Positions 24,136 to 37,579 of a DNA stretch of 46,483 nucleotides are shown in pieces (position 1 is the first letter of the stretch; the number at the start of each line of letters is the position of its first letter). The notes beneath the pieces are model-generated. The model did not search any database. It worked only from the letters and a program-made list of their open reading frames with translations, and was not told the DNA's origin. This DNA is from Chiloscyllium plagiosum (taxonomy: Eukaryota), in NCBI RefSeq assembly GCF_004010195.1, contig NC_057749.1:12739180-12785662 (forward strand), read 5' to 3'. Made by a program: the position numbers and the translations under genes.

Positions 24136-24779
24136 GACAGGGAGAGGGGATCTAACCAGGAGATAAACTAGCAAACCCAATTATAACATGGAGTAAACCA
24201 GTCTCCAATTAGGAACGGTTTCCTCTATAACTAGCAATAAGCCATATTTTACCAAATGCTGACTTTTCAGAATGAACTTCAAAGTTGTGTAAGAGATAAG
24301 ACAGGAAGGGGTGGCACTGGATGATGAAGGGAGGGTGGTTTGTGTCTTAAACCACAAGTACTGTGGGTGCTGCACCACACAGATTGCTGGTCTATAGAGT
24401 GCAGGATAGGGAGGCACAACGTCTATAAATTTAGTGTCTCCTCTGCTTTTGAGTGATATTCCTCCTTGCGCTGTGAAAACCTGAATGAAATTGTTTAAAG
24501 TTTTATGTGTGTCTTTTGGTTTCCATGAATTTGATAATTTTGGTGTACATAAATTAATATCCGCCTCCTTAGAAACTATTTATTTGTGAATAAAAAAAGA
24601 AATACTTTTGGCTCCATTTGCAGTATTTTTGAGTGTGAAGCTTGCTACAACCGTCTCTGATATAATAGCTGCGACAGGGAAACAATGGGAGAGAAGGATT
24701 TTAATATCTCCAGAAATATTATTGGCGTAAAAGTTGACCTTTACTTTTTGACACAAAGCTTAGTCTTAGAAATTCAACC

Positions 24780-24921
24780 TTGTTAAGACAGGACAGGAGG
24801 AACTTGGAAAATAATAAATATGAAAAACAATATAAATTTAGTATTCTTGAAGGTTAATTTTTAATTAAAATTCCATATGTACATGAATATTTTCCAAGTT
24901 CCTTGTGTCCTGTCTTGACAA
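24780..24921. repeat. 34-bp inverted repeat (hairpin or MITE-like)
   Basis: ttgttaagacaggacaggaggaacttggaaaata (24780-24813) versus reverse complement of 24888-24921, 3 mismatches, AT-rich spacer. Confidence 0.85.
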
Positions 24922-26629
24922 TGTTCAGATAACCCTAGGTTGAGTCTATGAGCAAACAGTGATAATAGTATTGTATTTGCTTTCTTTGTTTCTTTTTTTG
25001 TACTTGATTGCAGTGCATTGCCCCTTTTGCATCAGTAAGATCTTGAACTAGGGCTAATACAATAGACATCATTCAATTAATGATTACTTTTGTTGAAATT
25101 AATCTTTTACGAAAGGATTCCCAGAGATGTGTTTATGTTAAAATGTGTTTTTAAGAAATCTGTGTGTGTTTTATGAAGAACAGATTGAGAACATGAGGTT
25201 TTTTTTATAAGATCCATTTATTGGATTTGATCTTACTCAATGTGCTATTAGCCACAATTTAGGCACAATATACTTCAAGTTCAACTCACTTCCCATAACT
25301 GAATTGATTCAAGTCTCTTGTGAACTGCACAAATTCTTATGATAGCTATAATCTTCCTCCCATCGTAATTTTTGAACATATATGATGTTGGTAAGATCAA
25401 TATTGCATTAGAGATTGATACTCCACGAGTTTGGCATCATTGTTCTGGCAAAATGCCTAGCACAAAACGTTCTGAGCTCCAATAATTTCTCAAGTGACTT
25501 TTTAAAATACTGAAGGGAAACTCTGCTAGTGAGGGGTCTCCACTCGGCAGGATGAGAATTTCTAGTGATGGTTTATTTTGAATCATTGGCTGCTGCTGGT
25601 GAAAGAACAGAAAGTATTCTAATTTAAAATCAAGAGGGTCCAATGTTTAACTTCTCAAAATACAAAGTTTTAATTTAATATGGTCAATTTTGATTGATAA
25701 TCCAAACTGAGTAGGACAGGATGATTTCTGAGCTACTGGATCCATGATGTTGCCAAGTTGAGAATGAATAATATAGGATTTGAGATTGCACCCCAGAGAG
25801 CAGCAATGAGGAATTTTGCCAAATTTTTCTTTGGTAGATTAATGGTTTATGCTTTGTGTAGAAAATGTAAGAAGTCTGATTATAAATGATCTGTAGAAAG
25901 TACAGGTTTAATTGAAAGGCAGATTGACACTCCATGCCATCTTATATCCTTGGAGGACCAAGACCATGAAAACACATCCCATTACAAAAAGTTAATGTTT
26001 TCTTAAATGTTGAATGATAGAATTTCTGACTATCGTACCTGTAGGACTGGAAATTGGATTTTTATTTGTTTCGAATTTGTCCAGATGAAAGCAGTTGCCT
26101 TCTGTTATATGTAAAATGGCAAGCAGTGGCAATTTCTTTTCAACTTGAGTCAAATATCCACATTTCTGCATTTGGAATTCTGCCTTCAATTTGAATCCTC
26201 TTGCCAGATTGGCTGCATATTCCTAATACACATTTTGGCTTCAGCTGGACTCAATTATGTCAAATGTTAACTCTTTGTGATCATTGTTCCAGCGTGCCAT
26301 CTGCAAAGTGCAGCTTTACTTAGCTTCTTAAACACTTAATTTCTTTGGTCGCACATGTACATTTTTCATTCTATTTTAAAATTGAATGAGTCAAATGTAG
26401 GCTAATTTCCATTTTTTTGTGGTTTTCCTGACAGCAGAACAGAAATGTTTAAGAATGGGTGAAGAGTTCAGTTCTAACATAGAACCTTTTGCTATGCTTT
26501 AGTGTCAGTCATAATTGAACACTGGGTTATACTGATGAATGCTATTGTTTCTGTTCTTCACCACTTGCAGAACATGAATGGATAAGGAAAGGAAAGATAG
26601 TCATGGTATTTCTCTCCCTCTTTACATGC

Positions 26630-26990
26630 ATGTTCAGAGATGTAGGCATTACTGACTAATAAATGCCTGTGCCCATGCCCAATAACCCAGATGGCAGTTG
26701 AGGGTCAACCATATTCCTGTATATCTGGAGTCACATGTAGACCAAATCAGGTCAGGATGGAGTGTTTCCTTTCGTAAAGACCATTAGTGAACTTGATGGA
26801 TTTTTACAATAATCAGTTGTGGTTACATGGTTGCCATTAGGCCAGCTTTTAATTTCAGATTTTTATTACATTCAAATTTTACCATTTGTCATAGTGCCGT
26901 GGGATTCAAACCCATGCCTTCAGAACATTAGCCTGGTGTTCTGGATTATTAATCTCATGACATTTCCACTATGTCACCATCTCCCTCATG
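26630..26990 (-). mobile_element. tRNA-derived SINE (family of 44255-44585)
   Basis: ggcagttgagggtcaacc...ctggagtcacatgtagacc...gggattcaaaccc. Confidence 0.75.
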
Positions 26991-27029
26991 ACGTGTTTTA
27001 TATAATCAAATTTGTAAAGTTCTAGTGGC

Positions 27030-29926
27030 TTCTGCCAAAATTGGGGAGCTATCTCAGAAACTGGTCAAACAACAGTCTGACATAATGTTACTCATGGAAT
27101 CATACCTTACAGATAAGGTTCTAGATACCACCCTTGCATCCCAGGGTATGTCCTGTCTATCAACAGAACAGATATACAAGTAGTTGCAGCACAATGGTAT
27201 ACAGCTCAGAAGCAATTGCACTGTATGGTCTTCAATATTGACTCTGAACCCCATGAAGTCTTATGGCATCAGGTCAAATATGGGCAGGAAAACTTCCTGC
27301 TGATTATCTGCCCCTCCTTGGCTGCTAAATTAGTACTTCCCAACGTTGAACAGCATGTTGAGGAAGAACCAATGATAACATAGGCACAGAATGTACTCTG
27401 GGTGGGGTCTTCAACATACATCATCAAATTGGGCTTGATAGTGCCACCACTGACCCAGCTGGTCAATCTCTAAAAGATATGGCTGCGAGATTGCAAGTCT
27501 GGCACATGGTGAGTGAACCAAAAAAGGAGGAAATATCTATTTGATGTCATGTTCATCAGCCTACCCATTGCAGATGTATTTGTCCATGACAGTATCAGTA
27601 GGAGTGACCAAAACACATCTTTCTGAAGACAAAGTCCTGTCTTTGCATTGAGGATACCCTCCATCATGTTGTGTGACATTACCTCCATTCTAAATGGAAT
27701 AGATAGACTTCAAATAGATCAAACAACTCAAAACAATCCATGAGGCATGTGGCCCATCAGCAGCAGTAAAATTGTTTTCAACCACAATATATAACCTCAC
27801 AGCCTGGCATATCCCCTACTACATTAACATTATCATCAGGTTGGGAGGTCAACCCTGTTCAAAGAAGAGTACAGGAAGGCATGCTGAGAGTAGCACCAGG
27901 CAAGCCTAAAAATAAGTGTCAACCTGGTGAAACTACAACACAGAACTACTTGCATCCAAACAACTAAAGCAGAATGCAGTGGGCAGAACTAAGCAATCCT
28001 ACAGTAGTTCAGGTGTAAGCTCCGCAGTCCTGACACATCCAGTTGTGAAAGACAAAGTCAGAAGTCACACAATACCAGGTAATAGTCCATCAGTGACTTC
28101 ACCTGATGAAGGAGCAGCACTCCAAATGCTTGAGATTTCAAATAAACCTGTTGGGACTATAGCCTGGCGTCATGTGACTTCTGACTTTCTTCATCCTAGT
28201 CCAACACCAGCACCTCCATAATCAAAGTTGTGAAAGAAGATTTGTAATTAAACAACTCCAAGAAGTAAGGTCTACAAATATCCCCAACCTCAATAATGGT
28301 AAAGCCCAGCACATGTGCAAAAGACAAGGCTGAAATATTGGCATCCATCTTGAGCCAGAAGTACCAAGTGGCTGAACTATCTCAGCCTCTTCCTGAGGTC
28401 TCCAGTACCACTGATTCTAGTCTTTAAGAAGCTGCTGAAGGCACTGTATATAACAAGGCTACATTCTAACAATAGTACTGAAGACCTGTGCTCCAGAGCT
28501 AGCCACACCAGTAAGTCAACCTGTCTCAGTATTGTTACAATGCTGGCATCAAACTGACAGAGTGGAAAATTGTCTAGGTATATGCTGTAGACAAAAGGCA
28601 AGACAAATCAAACCCAGACAATTACTGCTCCACAATCTATTTTTCATAATCAGCATAGTAAGGGAAAAGAAGATCGATAGTGTTATCAAATGGCAATTGC
28701 AAATGAATAACCTGCTCATTGATATTCAGTTTGGGTTCTGCCAGGGCCATTCAGCCCATGGCTCCATTACAGCCTTGACCCAAAAATAGAAAAAAAAGCT
28801 AAATTCCACAAGAGAGGTGAGAATGACTGCCTTTAATATTAAGGCACTGTTCAATGGAATGTGTCATCAAGGATCCCTAAAAGAATTAGAGTCAATGGGA
28901 ATCATAGGGAAAACTATCCTCAGGTTGGAGTCATACCTGTCACAAGGGAAGATGGTTTTGAGTTTTGGATGTCAATCATTTCAGTCCCTGGACACCACAG
29001 CAGGAATTCATTAAGGTTGTGTCCTAGGCCAAATCATCTTCAGCTTCTTCAATGATCGTCTCTTCATCATAAAGAGAGAAGTTGGGATGTTTGTTGATGA
29101 TTGCACAATATTCAGCACCATTTATGACCCATAAGGTACTGAAGCAGCTTGTGTCCATATGCAGCAAGATCTAGACAACATCCAGGCTTGGGCTCAGAAG
29201 TAGCAAGTAACATTCTTGCCACACATGTATCAGGCAATGGCTGTCTGCAATAAGAATGAATCTAACCATTATCTCTTGACATTCAATGGCATTACCACAA
29301 CTGAATCCACTGCTCACAACATCCTGAGGGTTACCATTGACCAGAAACTGAACTGGACCAGCCATATAAATACTGTGACTACAAGATCAGATCAGAGGCT
29401 AGACATTTGATGGTGTCCATCTCAACTCCTGTTCACGATTTCCAAGTCAGTAGTGCAATGCAATACTCTCCACTATCCTCAATAAGTGCAGCTTCAACAA
29501 CAAGAAGCTCAATACCATCCAGAACAAAATTGTCTGTTTGATTGACATGCCATCTACACCTTCAACATTCACTCTCTTCACTATCGATGTACTGTGGCAG
29601 CAGCATGTACTATTTACAAGATGCAATGCAATGCAACAACTCACCATGATTCCTTCAGCAGCACCTTCCAAATCCTTTCCTCTGCCACTGAGAAGGACAA
29701 GGGCAGCAGAACCTGCCTACAAGTTCCTTTCTAAGTCACAGATCATCCTGACTTGGAAATATATCACCATTCCTTTAGTGTTGCTGGTTCAAGTGCCTGG
29801 AACTCTCTGGTTAACAGCATTGTGGTTATTCCTACATGCCAAAGAAGGCAGCTGACCACCACTTTCTCCAAGGCATTCAGGGATTGGCAGTAAATGCTGG
29901 CCCAGTCAGCAATGTCCACATTTCAC
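27030..29926 (+). mobile_element. CR1/L2-group non-LTR retrotransposon ORF2, decayed (distinct from the HER1-type CR1s)
   Basis: NNLLIDIQFGFCQGHSA, TAFNIKALFNGMCHQG..LESYLSQGKMV, GMFVDD, and ILRVTIDQKLNWTSHIN. Tail resumes at about 30244-30265 after the SINE. Confidence 0.88.
28053..28225 (+). mobile_element. Short Penelope-derived element with inverted arms and decayed hammerhead core
   Basis: 12-bp TSD agttgtgaaaga (28041-28052, 28226-28237). Arms aaagtcagaagtcaca / tgtgacttctgacttt. CTGATGAAGGAGCAGCACTCC. Confidence 0.8.
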
Positions 29927-30243
29927 ATTAGATTAGATTACTTACAGTGTGGAAACAGGCCCTTTGGCCCAACAAGTCCACACCGACCCGCCGAAGCACA
30001 ACCCACCCAGACCCCATTCTCCTACATTTACCCCTACATCTAACACTACGGGCAATTTAGCATGGCCAATTCACCTGACCTGCACATCTTTGGACTGTGG
30101 GAGAAAATCAGAGCACCCGGAGGAAACCCACGCAGACACAGGGAGAATGTGCAAACTCCACACAATCGCCTGAGGCGGGAATTGAACCCAGGTCTCTGGC
30201 GCTGTGAGGCAGCAGTGCTAATCACTGTGCCACGGTGCCGCCC
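29927..30243 (-). mobile_element. HE1-type SINE, young
   Basis: (attag)n tail, intact core, CpGs retained. Confidence 0.92.
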
Positions 30244-30647
30244 ACATTCATTTCCTTGAATGAATAAGGAATAAAGTTGGCATCTCTCCTGGTTTTATTG
30301 ACTTCAAAATGGGCTGTTGACGAATTGCACAGACAACACCCATCTTATTTCTTTCCAGATAAAATACCATAAAATGAACTTTGTGTATCCCCTGCAGAAG
30401 AATGACCACAATATAATTAAACTCATAATTGTGGATAACTTCACTCTATTTCCAGGGCAATTATTTTTGCTAATTGATGCTGAAGTATGAGTCATGTTAC
30501 AATAGTGTAGTTTTTCTGTTTTATCCCATCTCTTCTGAATATGTTATATTTAGCTTGGGCACAGTTTCACAACATTCAGTGCCTGTCCAGTGACCGTTAT
30601 TCACATCTGAAAATACATTGAGCATTTGTAGGTTGGTTGACAGTCAA

Positions 30648-31091
30648 GGAGAAAGTGAGGTCTGCAGATGCTGGAGATCAAAGTTGAAACTTTATTGCTG
30701 GAACAGCACAGCAGGTCAGGCAGCATCCAGGGAACAGGAGATTCGACGTTTCGGGCACAGGCCCTTCTTCAGGAATGAGCAGAGAGTGTTCAGCAGGAGA
30801 AGATAAAAGGTAGGGAGGAGGGACTTGGAGGAGGGGAGTTGGAAATGTCTTCTTCTTGACCTCTCCGCCTCCACCCTACTCCGACCTATCACCCTCACCT
30901 TGACCTCTTTCCACCTATCACATTTCCAACGCCCCTCCTCCAAGTCCCTCCTCCCTACCTTTTATCTTCTCCTGCTGAACACTCTCTGCTCATTCCTGAA
31001 GAAGGGCCTGTGCCCGAAACGTCGAATCTCCTGTTCCCTGGATGCTGCCTGACCTGCTGTGCTGTTCCAGCAATAAAGTTTCAACTTTGAT
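30648..31091. mobile_element. Young palindromic Penelope-derived element, 172-bp arms
   Basis: 30677-30848 is the reverse complement of 30920-31091 with one mismatch. Confidence 0.9.
30992..31027 (+). ncRNA. Minimal type I hammerhead ribozyme (mirror copy on minus strand at 30741-30776)
   Basis: AUUC-CUGAAGA-A-GGGC-CUGU-GCCC-GAAA-C-GUC-GAAU: core boxes, stem II GGGC/GCCC, stem I AUUC/GAAU, and palindromic ACGU in place of stem III. Confidence 0.75.
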
Positions 31092-31590
31092 ATCCAAATG
31101 AATCCAACAAGAACTGGACCAAGCATATGTGGTACTCATAATCTTCTTCATCCTAAGTATACGCATGATTTTACTACAACTGCTAAGTATTTCATCAGTA
31201 ATATTTTCAGCAACATAACACAAAACATCGCAGATAAGAAAAACTGCAGCATATTAACATGCCAAATTTCCCCTAAAGTAAATGCATTAAAATTCCATCA
31301 AATTTGACAATATTGTTATGTATTTGGCTTTAAGGGGTTAACACGTAGGGGGTTCCATACAACAGCCAAGCAGGGTGAGATCAATAGTTGTGATGTTGAG
31401 AAGATATGCTCTTCTTCATTAGGGTAAATAAAACCACAGAAAGTAGACAAAATCAAACACAAAATATTGCTGAGGAAAGGAGTGAACAAAGACAGAAATG
31501 GGAACTATTTAAATGTAAATCTATGATTCGCTCCAGTAATAATATCTAACAATATTCAATATCTAGGATCATACCAAAAGAGTACTTTGA

Positions 31591-31662
31591 CTCCGCAAGT
31601 AGGCGGCCTGTCTCCCCAATATAGAGGAGGCCACACCGGCTGCAGCGGATGCAGTAGATGAC
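31591..31662 (-). mobile_element. 72-bp Penelope GIY-YIG fragment
   Basis: Translates VIYCIRCSRCGLLYIGETGRLLAE. Homologous to 46143-46200. Confidence 0.85.
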
Positions 31663-33009
31663 AGTCAAGACCAATCTCCCTACACCCTCTGTTTGCGAAA
31701 CCCAAGTGCTTCACCAGAAGTGATGTGAATTATTTCAAAGGAAGGAACTGAGACCAGTATTTAGGATCAGGAATTTAGCCATGAAAAGAAACTTGCAGAA
31801 TTAATTATCTGCTAAAGTGGATCATGACAAGGCTAGCAATTGGAACTTGTGAACTCTTCAATGACTATTTACCCACTCTTGCCAACAAAAAGACAGATGT
31901 GATAAACAATAGCAAGTAATATTAAGCTTGTATACATGAAAGGATAACACAAACTGTGCAGTATTTTTCTAAGTAAAAGTACATGTACTAATGAATAGTT
32001 TAAGTTAGTGTTGGATGGTAAGACAACCCCTTGTTTTCTAGTGAACTTTAATCTATGGTAAATGTGCAGCATCTATAAAACAAAAAGGAGTAACTTATGT
32101 CCTTGAAACATCTCGAAGTACTTCACAATCAATTTACAGAAGTACTACAAGCGGTAAGCGGAATGAATGATCAGCTATCCAATGTTTGGTGATGTTGGTT
32201 CAATAGGAGCACTCTTTGCTCTTCTTTTAGTATTGTAATTTGATCGAACTTATGTTCACTTGAACCACCAGAACAGCTTGCCTCATCGAAAGCTATAACC
32301 ATTTAATTTGCAAGACTCTCTCTGTCAAATATATCTTCCTTAATTGACATTTATCTCTAAACCAATAACTTCAAAGAAATAATTTATTTTGTTATTATCA
32401 GATTTCTGTCTGTGGGAGCTTATTATGCACAGAGGTGACTGCACTTTCAAAAATACTTCATTGATTGTAAAGCACTCTGGAAATGATATGAGGATGTGAA
32501 ATATTCTTTTCAAATGAGTCTTTTTCCCTTTCTGCATTGTACTATAGTGTCAGCTTTGATTGCATGCTATGTCCTTCAGTATATTTAATATATATTGGCA
32601 TCATTGACCCCAGTAGTCCAAAACTATACATAACTTTTATATATGGCTTTTACATATATTTCAATTGTTCTGTCTGAATTATAATACCCGAGCATGGAAG
32701 AACACAATGAAAAACAAGCTCAACTTTCAACCAAAAAAAAACCTGTTTTGGTGGTTCTACAGCAAACTACTCTCCCCAAGTGCTGACACAAATTCTACCC
32801 TTTCAAGACACTGTAGACTGAGGTACGCTGTTATACTGCTGTAAAACTGCAGCTATTTTCTAACAGCTAAGTATAAGTATAATGTTACACAACAGACAGT
32901 TAGGCTGGTGCTGGTAAAATCAGTTCCCTGTGAAAGCTGCAGAGTAATTTTTAAAGGACAAACTTTTAAAAGTAGAACTGGATATTTTCTACTTCTGTTA
33001 CAATAGCAG

Positions 33010-33760
33010 CTGTGGTATAGGAACAGAGGAGGAGTAGGCTATTCAGTCCCTCGATTCTGCTTTGCTAATCCAGATCATGACTGATCGGCTCCCTTAATGC
33101 ATTTTCCTGTGCTGTGCTATCTTCTATCCATTGATGTCACCAGTATATAGAAAGCTATTGATCTCTGCCTAGAACGGAGCTCCAGAGCTCTCTGGGATAG
33201 ACATTTCCAAACACTCACCAGGTTCTGATCGAAGAAATTCCACTGATCTCAAACCTATGTGGACTGGCCCTTATTCTGATACAGGGTCTCCTGTATAGAC
33301 ACTCCAGGCTGGAAATACCCTTTCTTTCTCCAACTTCTTAACTATTCAAGATTTTTATAAGCTTTAATTAGATCTTCTCTCATTTCTCCAAACTTTAGAG
33401 AGTAAGGGCCCCAATCTCGTTAACCTTACCTCATAGGACAGTCTGCTGTCCCAGGAATTAGTCTAGCGAATCTCCATTGCATTCCCTCAGTTGCAAATAT
33501 ATCTTTCCTTTGGTAAGGGGACGAAAATTACAGATACAATCTAACCAAGATTCTTTACAATTGGAGCATGACACCTTTTCTCCTTTTCTCAAATTCTCTT
33601 GTGATAAAAGCAACTGTACCATTTGCCTTCAGAATTGTTTGCTGCACCTACATGTTTGTACTTGAACAGGATAACTGTCTGCTCTGCTTTTAGTATTGTA
33701 ATGTTATGAAACACCTGTTTCCTCAGTGACTTATGAACAAGGAAACCTAGGTTAGTTTGA
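33010..33760 (-). mobile_element. Old CR1 LINE 3' part
   Basis: taggaacagaggaggagtaggctattcagtccctcga tail and CR1-like ORF2 remnants. Confidence 0.75.
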
Positions 33761-33868
33761 CATGTCACCTAGGCAGGGGACAAAACGTCTGCAACACAAA
33801 TTCCCAGCTCGGCGAACAGAACCACAACAATGAGCACCCGAGCTACGAATCTTCTTACAAACTTTGAT
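33760..33868 (+). mobile_element. Penelope-like terminal fragment
   Basis: aaaacgtctgcaac...cagctcggcgaaca resembles 14900-14945. Confidence 0.7.
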
Positions 33869-33869
33869 A

Positions 33870-34850
33870 CATTTCTCAATCCCATTCACCCGCATTCTCC
33901 CTGTAATCTTTGATATTCAAGAATCTATCTATTTCAGTCTTAAATCTTCTCAAGGACTTGGCCTTCACAGCCTTTTGTGGCAATGAATTCCGTAGATTCA
34001 CTGCTCTCTGGCTGAAGAAGTTTCTCTTTATTTCCATTCTCAAAGGTCTTCCATTTACTCTAAGGCTGTTCCCACCCCAGGTCCTAGTCTCTCCTATTAA
34101 TGGAATCACCTTCCCAATGGCTACTCTGTTCAGGCCATTCACTATTCTATATGTTTCAATTAAATCTCCCCTCATCCTTCTAAACTCCATCAAGTAGAAC
34201 ACCAGAGTCTTCAAACATTCTTCAAATGTTAAGCTTTTCATTCCAGGACCATTTTCATGAACCTTCTCTGAACAAGCTCCACGGCTAGTACATCCTTACT
34301 GAGATATGGGGCCCAAATCTGCGCACAATACTCCAAATGTGGTCTGACCAGAGCCTTATCTAGCCTGAGCGGTACCCCCTTGCTGTTCCAACAAAAGTGA
34401 ATAACCTCATGCTTATCAGCATTATATACTGTCTGACATATCCTTGCACACTCACCAAATTGTCTTTGGGCCAAGATTAGAGTAATGCTGGAAAAGCATA
34501 GCAGGTCAGGCAGCATCCAAGGAGCAGGAAAATCGACATTTCGGGCAGAAGCCCTTTATCAGGAATTCCTGGTGAAGGACTTCTGCCCAAAATGTCGATT
34601 TTCCTGTTCCTTTGATTCTGCCTGACCTGCTGTGCTTTTCCAGCACTAAAATCTTGACTCAAATCTCCAGCATCTGCAGTACCCACTTTCGCCAAATTGC
34701 CTTTGGGCCTCTATCCTCGCAGCACATGTTCCAAATTAGTTTTATATCACCCGCAAACTTGGAAATCATCACAACTGGTCCCCACATCTGAATCATTGAT
34801 AGAAATTGTGACCGCTTGGGGCCCAGACACTGAACCTTGAGGTATTAGTT
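33870..34850 (-). mobile_element. CR1 LINE 3' half
   Basis: ALVRPHLEYCAQIWAPYL and RRMRGDLIETYRI..NFFSQRAVNL. Confidence 0.92.
34473..34691. mobile_element. Palindromic Penelope-derived element
   Basis: 18-bp TSD ccaaattg(t/c)ctttgggcc (34455-34472, 34692-34709). Arms centred on caggaattcctg. Confidence 0.85.
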
Positions 34851-34859
34851 ACATCCAAC

Positions 34860-35835
34860 TGCTTTTCATTATGTATATAGGTGATTTGGGTATGCCTATC
34901 AGAGATATGGTTAGGAGGTTTGCAGATGATACTAAAATAGGTGGTGTAGTGGGCAGTGAAGAAGATTATCCCAGACTATAACAGGGTCTTGATCAGATGT
35001 ACCAATGGGTTGAGGGGTGGCAGATAGAGTTGAATTTAGATAAATGTGAGGTGTTTCATTTGGTAAGGCAAACCAGGGTAGAACTTGTACTTTTAATGGT
35101 GGAGCCCTGGGGAGTGTTGCGGAACAGAGAGACCTAGGGCTATGCAGATGCATAATTCCTTGAAAGTGGAGTCACAGGTAGACTGGATGGTGAAAAGGCA
35201 TTTGGCATGCTTGTCTTCGTTGGTCAGAACATTAAGTATAGAAATGAGGACTTCATGCTGCTACTGTACAGGAATTTAATAAGGCCACTTTTAGATACTG
35301 TATACAATTCTGGTCACCGTTCTATAAGAATGATGTTGTTAAACTTGAGACAGTGCAGAAAAGAATTATAAGGATGTCGCCAGGACTAGAGAGTTTGAGT
35401 TATAGGGAGAGGCTGAATAGGTTGGGTCTTTCTTTCACTGTACTGTCAGAAGCTGCGGGGTGACCTGATCAAGATTTATAAAATGATGACCTGCATGGAT
35501 AGGGTGAAGAGCCAAGATCTTTCCTTGGGTGGGGAGTTCAAAACTTGAGGACATAGATTTATGTTGAGAGGAGAAAGATTTGTAAAGGACCTGAGGGGTA
35601 AGCCTTTTCACACAGAGGGTGGTTTGTGTTTGGAACGAGCTGCCAGAGGAAGTGGTGGAGGATGGTATAATTACAACATTTAAAAAGCACCTGGATAGGT
35701 ATATGAATAGGAAGGATTTAGAGGGATAAGAGTCAAATGCTGGCAAATAGGACCAGGTCAGATTGGGATGTCTGGTCAGCATGCATCAGGTGCACCAAAG
35801 GGTCTGTTTCTGTGCTGTATGATTCTATGACTCTA
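34860..35835 (+). mobile_element. CR1/HER1-type LINE 3' part
   Basis: RFADDTKIGGVV motif and tail gattctatgactctat. Confidence 0.92.
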
Positions 35836-37579
35836 TTTATTCATATTCTGTTTTCTCTCTGTTAACCAATTCTCAATTTCCCTAAGTAACTTCTTTATTA
35901 GCAGCTTCTCGAAATCCAAGTAAGCCACACCCATTAATGTAGAGGAAATACTTCAAGAGCATAAAAATATTTCTAGTCTTGCTTCTATGGTTTCCCAGTT
36001 GCTACCTCAGACAGACACTGGATTCTTCCAACATTTCTATTTCTGATGGTATTTATCTTTCTGGATCTTTGGAAGAAATTACCAGTATCTGAGAAATTTT
36101 GTGTCCCAAATCCAAAAGGAAGTGGACTGAGACTACACAAACTTGCCTAGGAAATTTGCTGTCAAAAGGCAGGAGAAATTTCCATGCTATCAGTCTGAGC
36201 TGGAATTGAACATGGATTCCAGGCACAAAAAGACAGTCAATCGTCCAGTCCTTCCATTGTGCTGAATGTAAGTTTTAGCATTGGATGATCCATTGGTTAA
36301 TATTTACATCTTTACTCTGAGACTTGATTTAGTTTTAACTCAGAACACAGCTCAAATATCACTACAATAATTACTTGTAAGTTTGAAATGTACTATCTTT
36401 ACAAAAAGGCAAATTATAAATCTATCCTCAGAGGAACAAGGAGTAAGACTGATTTTGTATCTTAAGGGAAGTAACTCAATGTCTTCCAGTAGCAATTAGA
36501 GGTGACCTATCAATAGTATTTATTAGTCTGACCTTTAGGAATCTGTGCCTCACAATGGCCAAGCCCAGTTAGCTTGAAATTTTCTCTTTGCATCTTTTGA
36601 CAGAAACATATTTTCAGCATACATTGTAAAACCAAATCCTGTTTGAGGATACTCATGGAAACCAAATGATCTGTTAGTCATCCTTTCCAATTTTCAATGA
36701 AAGGCCAAAGTTGTTTCAGGCTATGTCACAAGCACCCAGCCAGATTATTCCTGAGTTCACTATCCAGAGCTAAAAATACATGGGAAAGAATAAACTTTCC
36801 ACAAAGATCTTGAAAGCTCACATTACACTAAATATACTGGTTTTGCTAGTCTGTATAATTACAGAATACATTAGGATTGTCTAGCGGTAAAAATCCATGA
36901 GAAAGACTGGGATTGTTTCACTGTGGTTACAATACAACAATGTTTTTTAGTATAAAATAGATACCATGTGTCGATGTCACTAATTGACAGTCTGATTCAG
37001 GGCAGAAACATGGTGCCTGCCTTTAATTGTAATTAAGAATAAATTAATCTGTGAATCTAAGTATGTCAGACTGAGCATGAATGTTTTGCTGTTACAGATG
37101 TAATTGTTCACATGTGAGACTATGACCTTGCTTAATTGGAACTGAGACGGAATTCATGCACAAATGATTAGGATAGTGTATGAGTGAGGTGTCAGTGATA
37201 CGGGTGCATTCATCAGTGTGAGATTAAGTATCTGCATCGTTGATTGCGAGATCTTGGGGGAGTTTTAACTTTCAAGGATGGGTGAGTTAGGAGTAGGAGA
37301 GAATGTAAAAATTGTCTAATTCATGAACCAAACCCCAGTCCACCTCCAACTTGCCCACAAACAATTTTAGCAGGAAGGTCAATGATGGGCAAACACCACT
37401 TCCAAAAGTAAATTTGCTCCCTCAAGTCTTTTGAAATTTATTTTTTTAAAAATTCCTTTTGACTAGAAACCAGAGCCTTGAGAATCTGGGCAGGTGAAAG
37501 GAGATGCCAAGAGCAAATAAAAACCTTTTCCAATATTGCTACTTACACACAAATTCTGCAAGTTTAAACTTTGAAAAAT

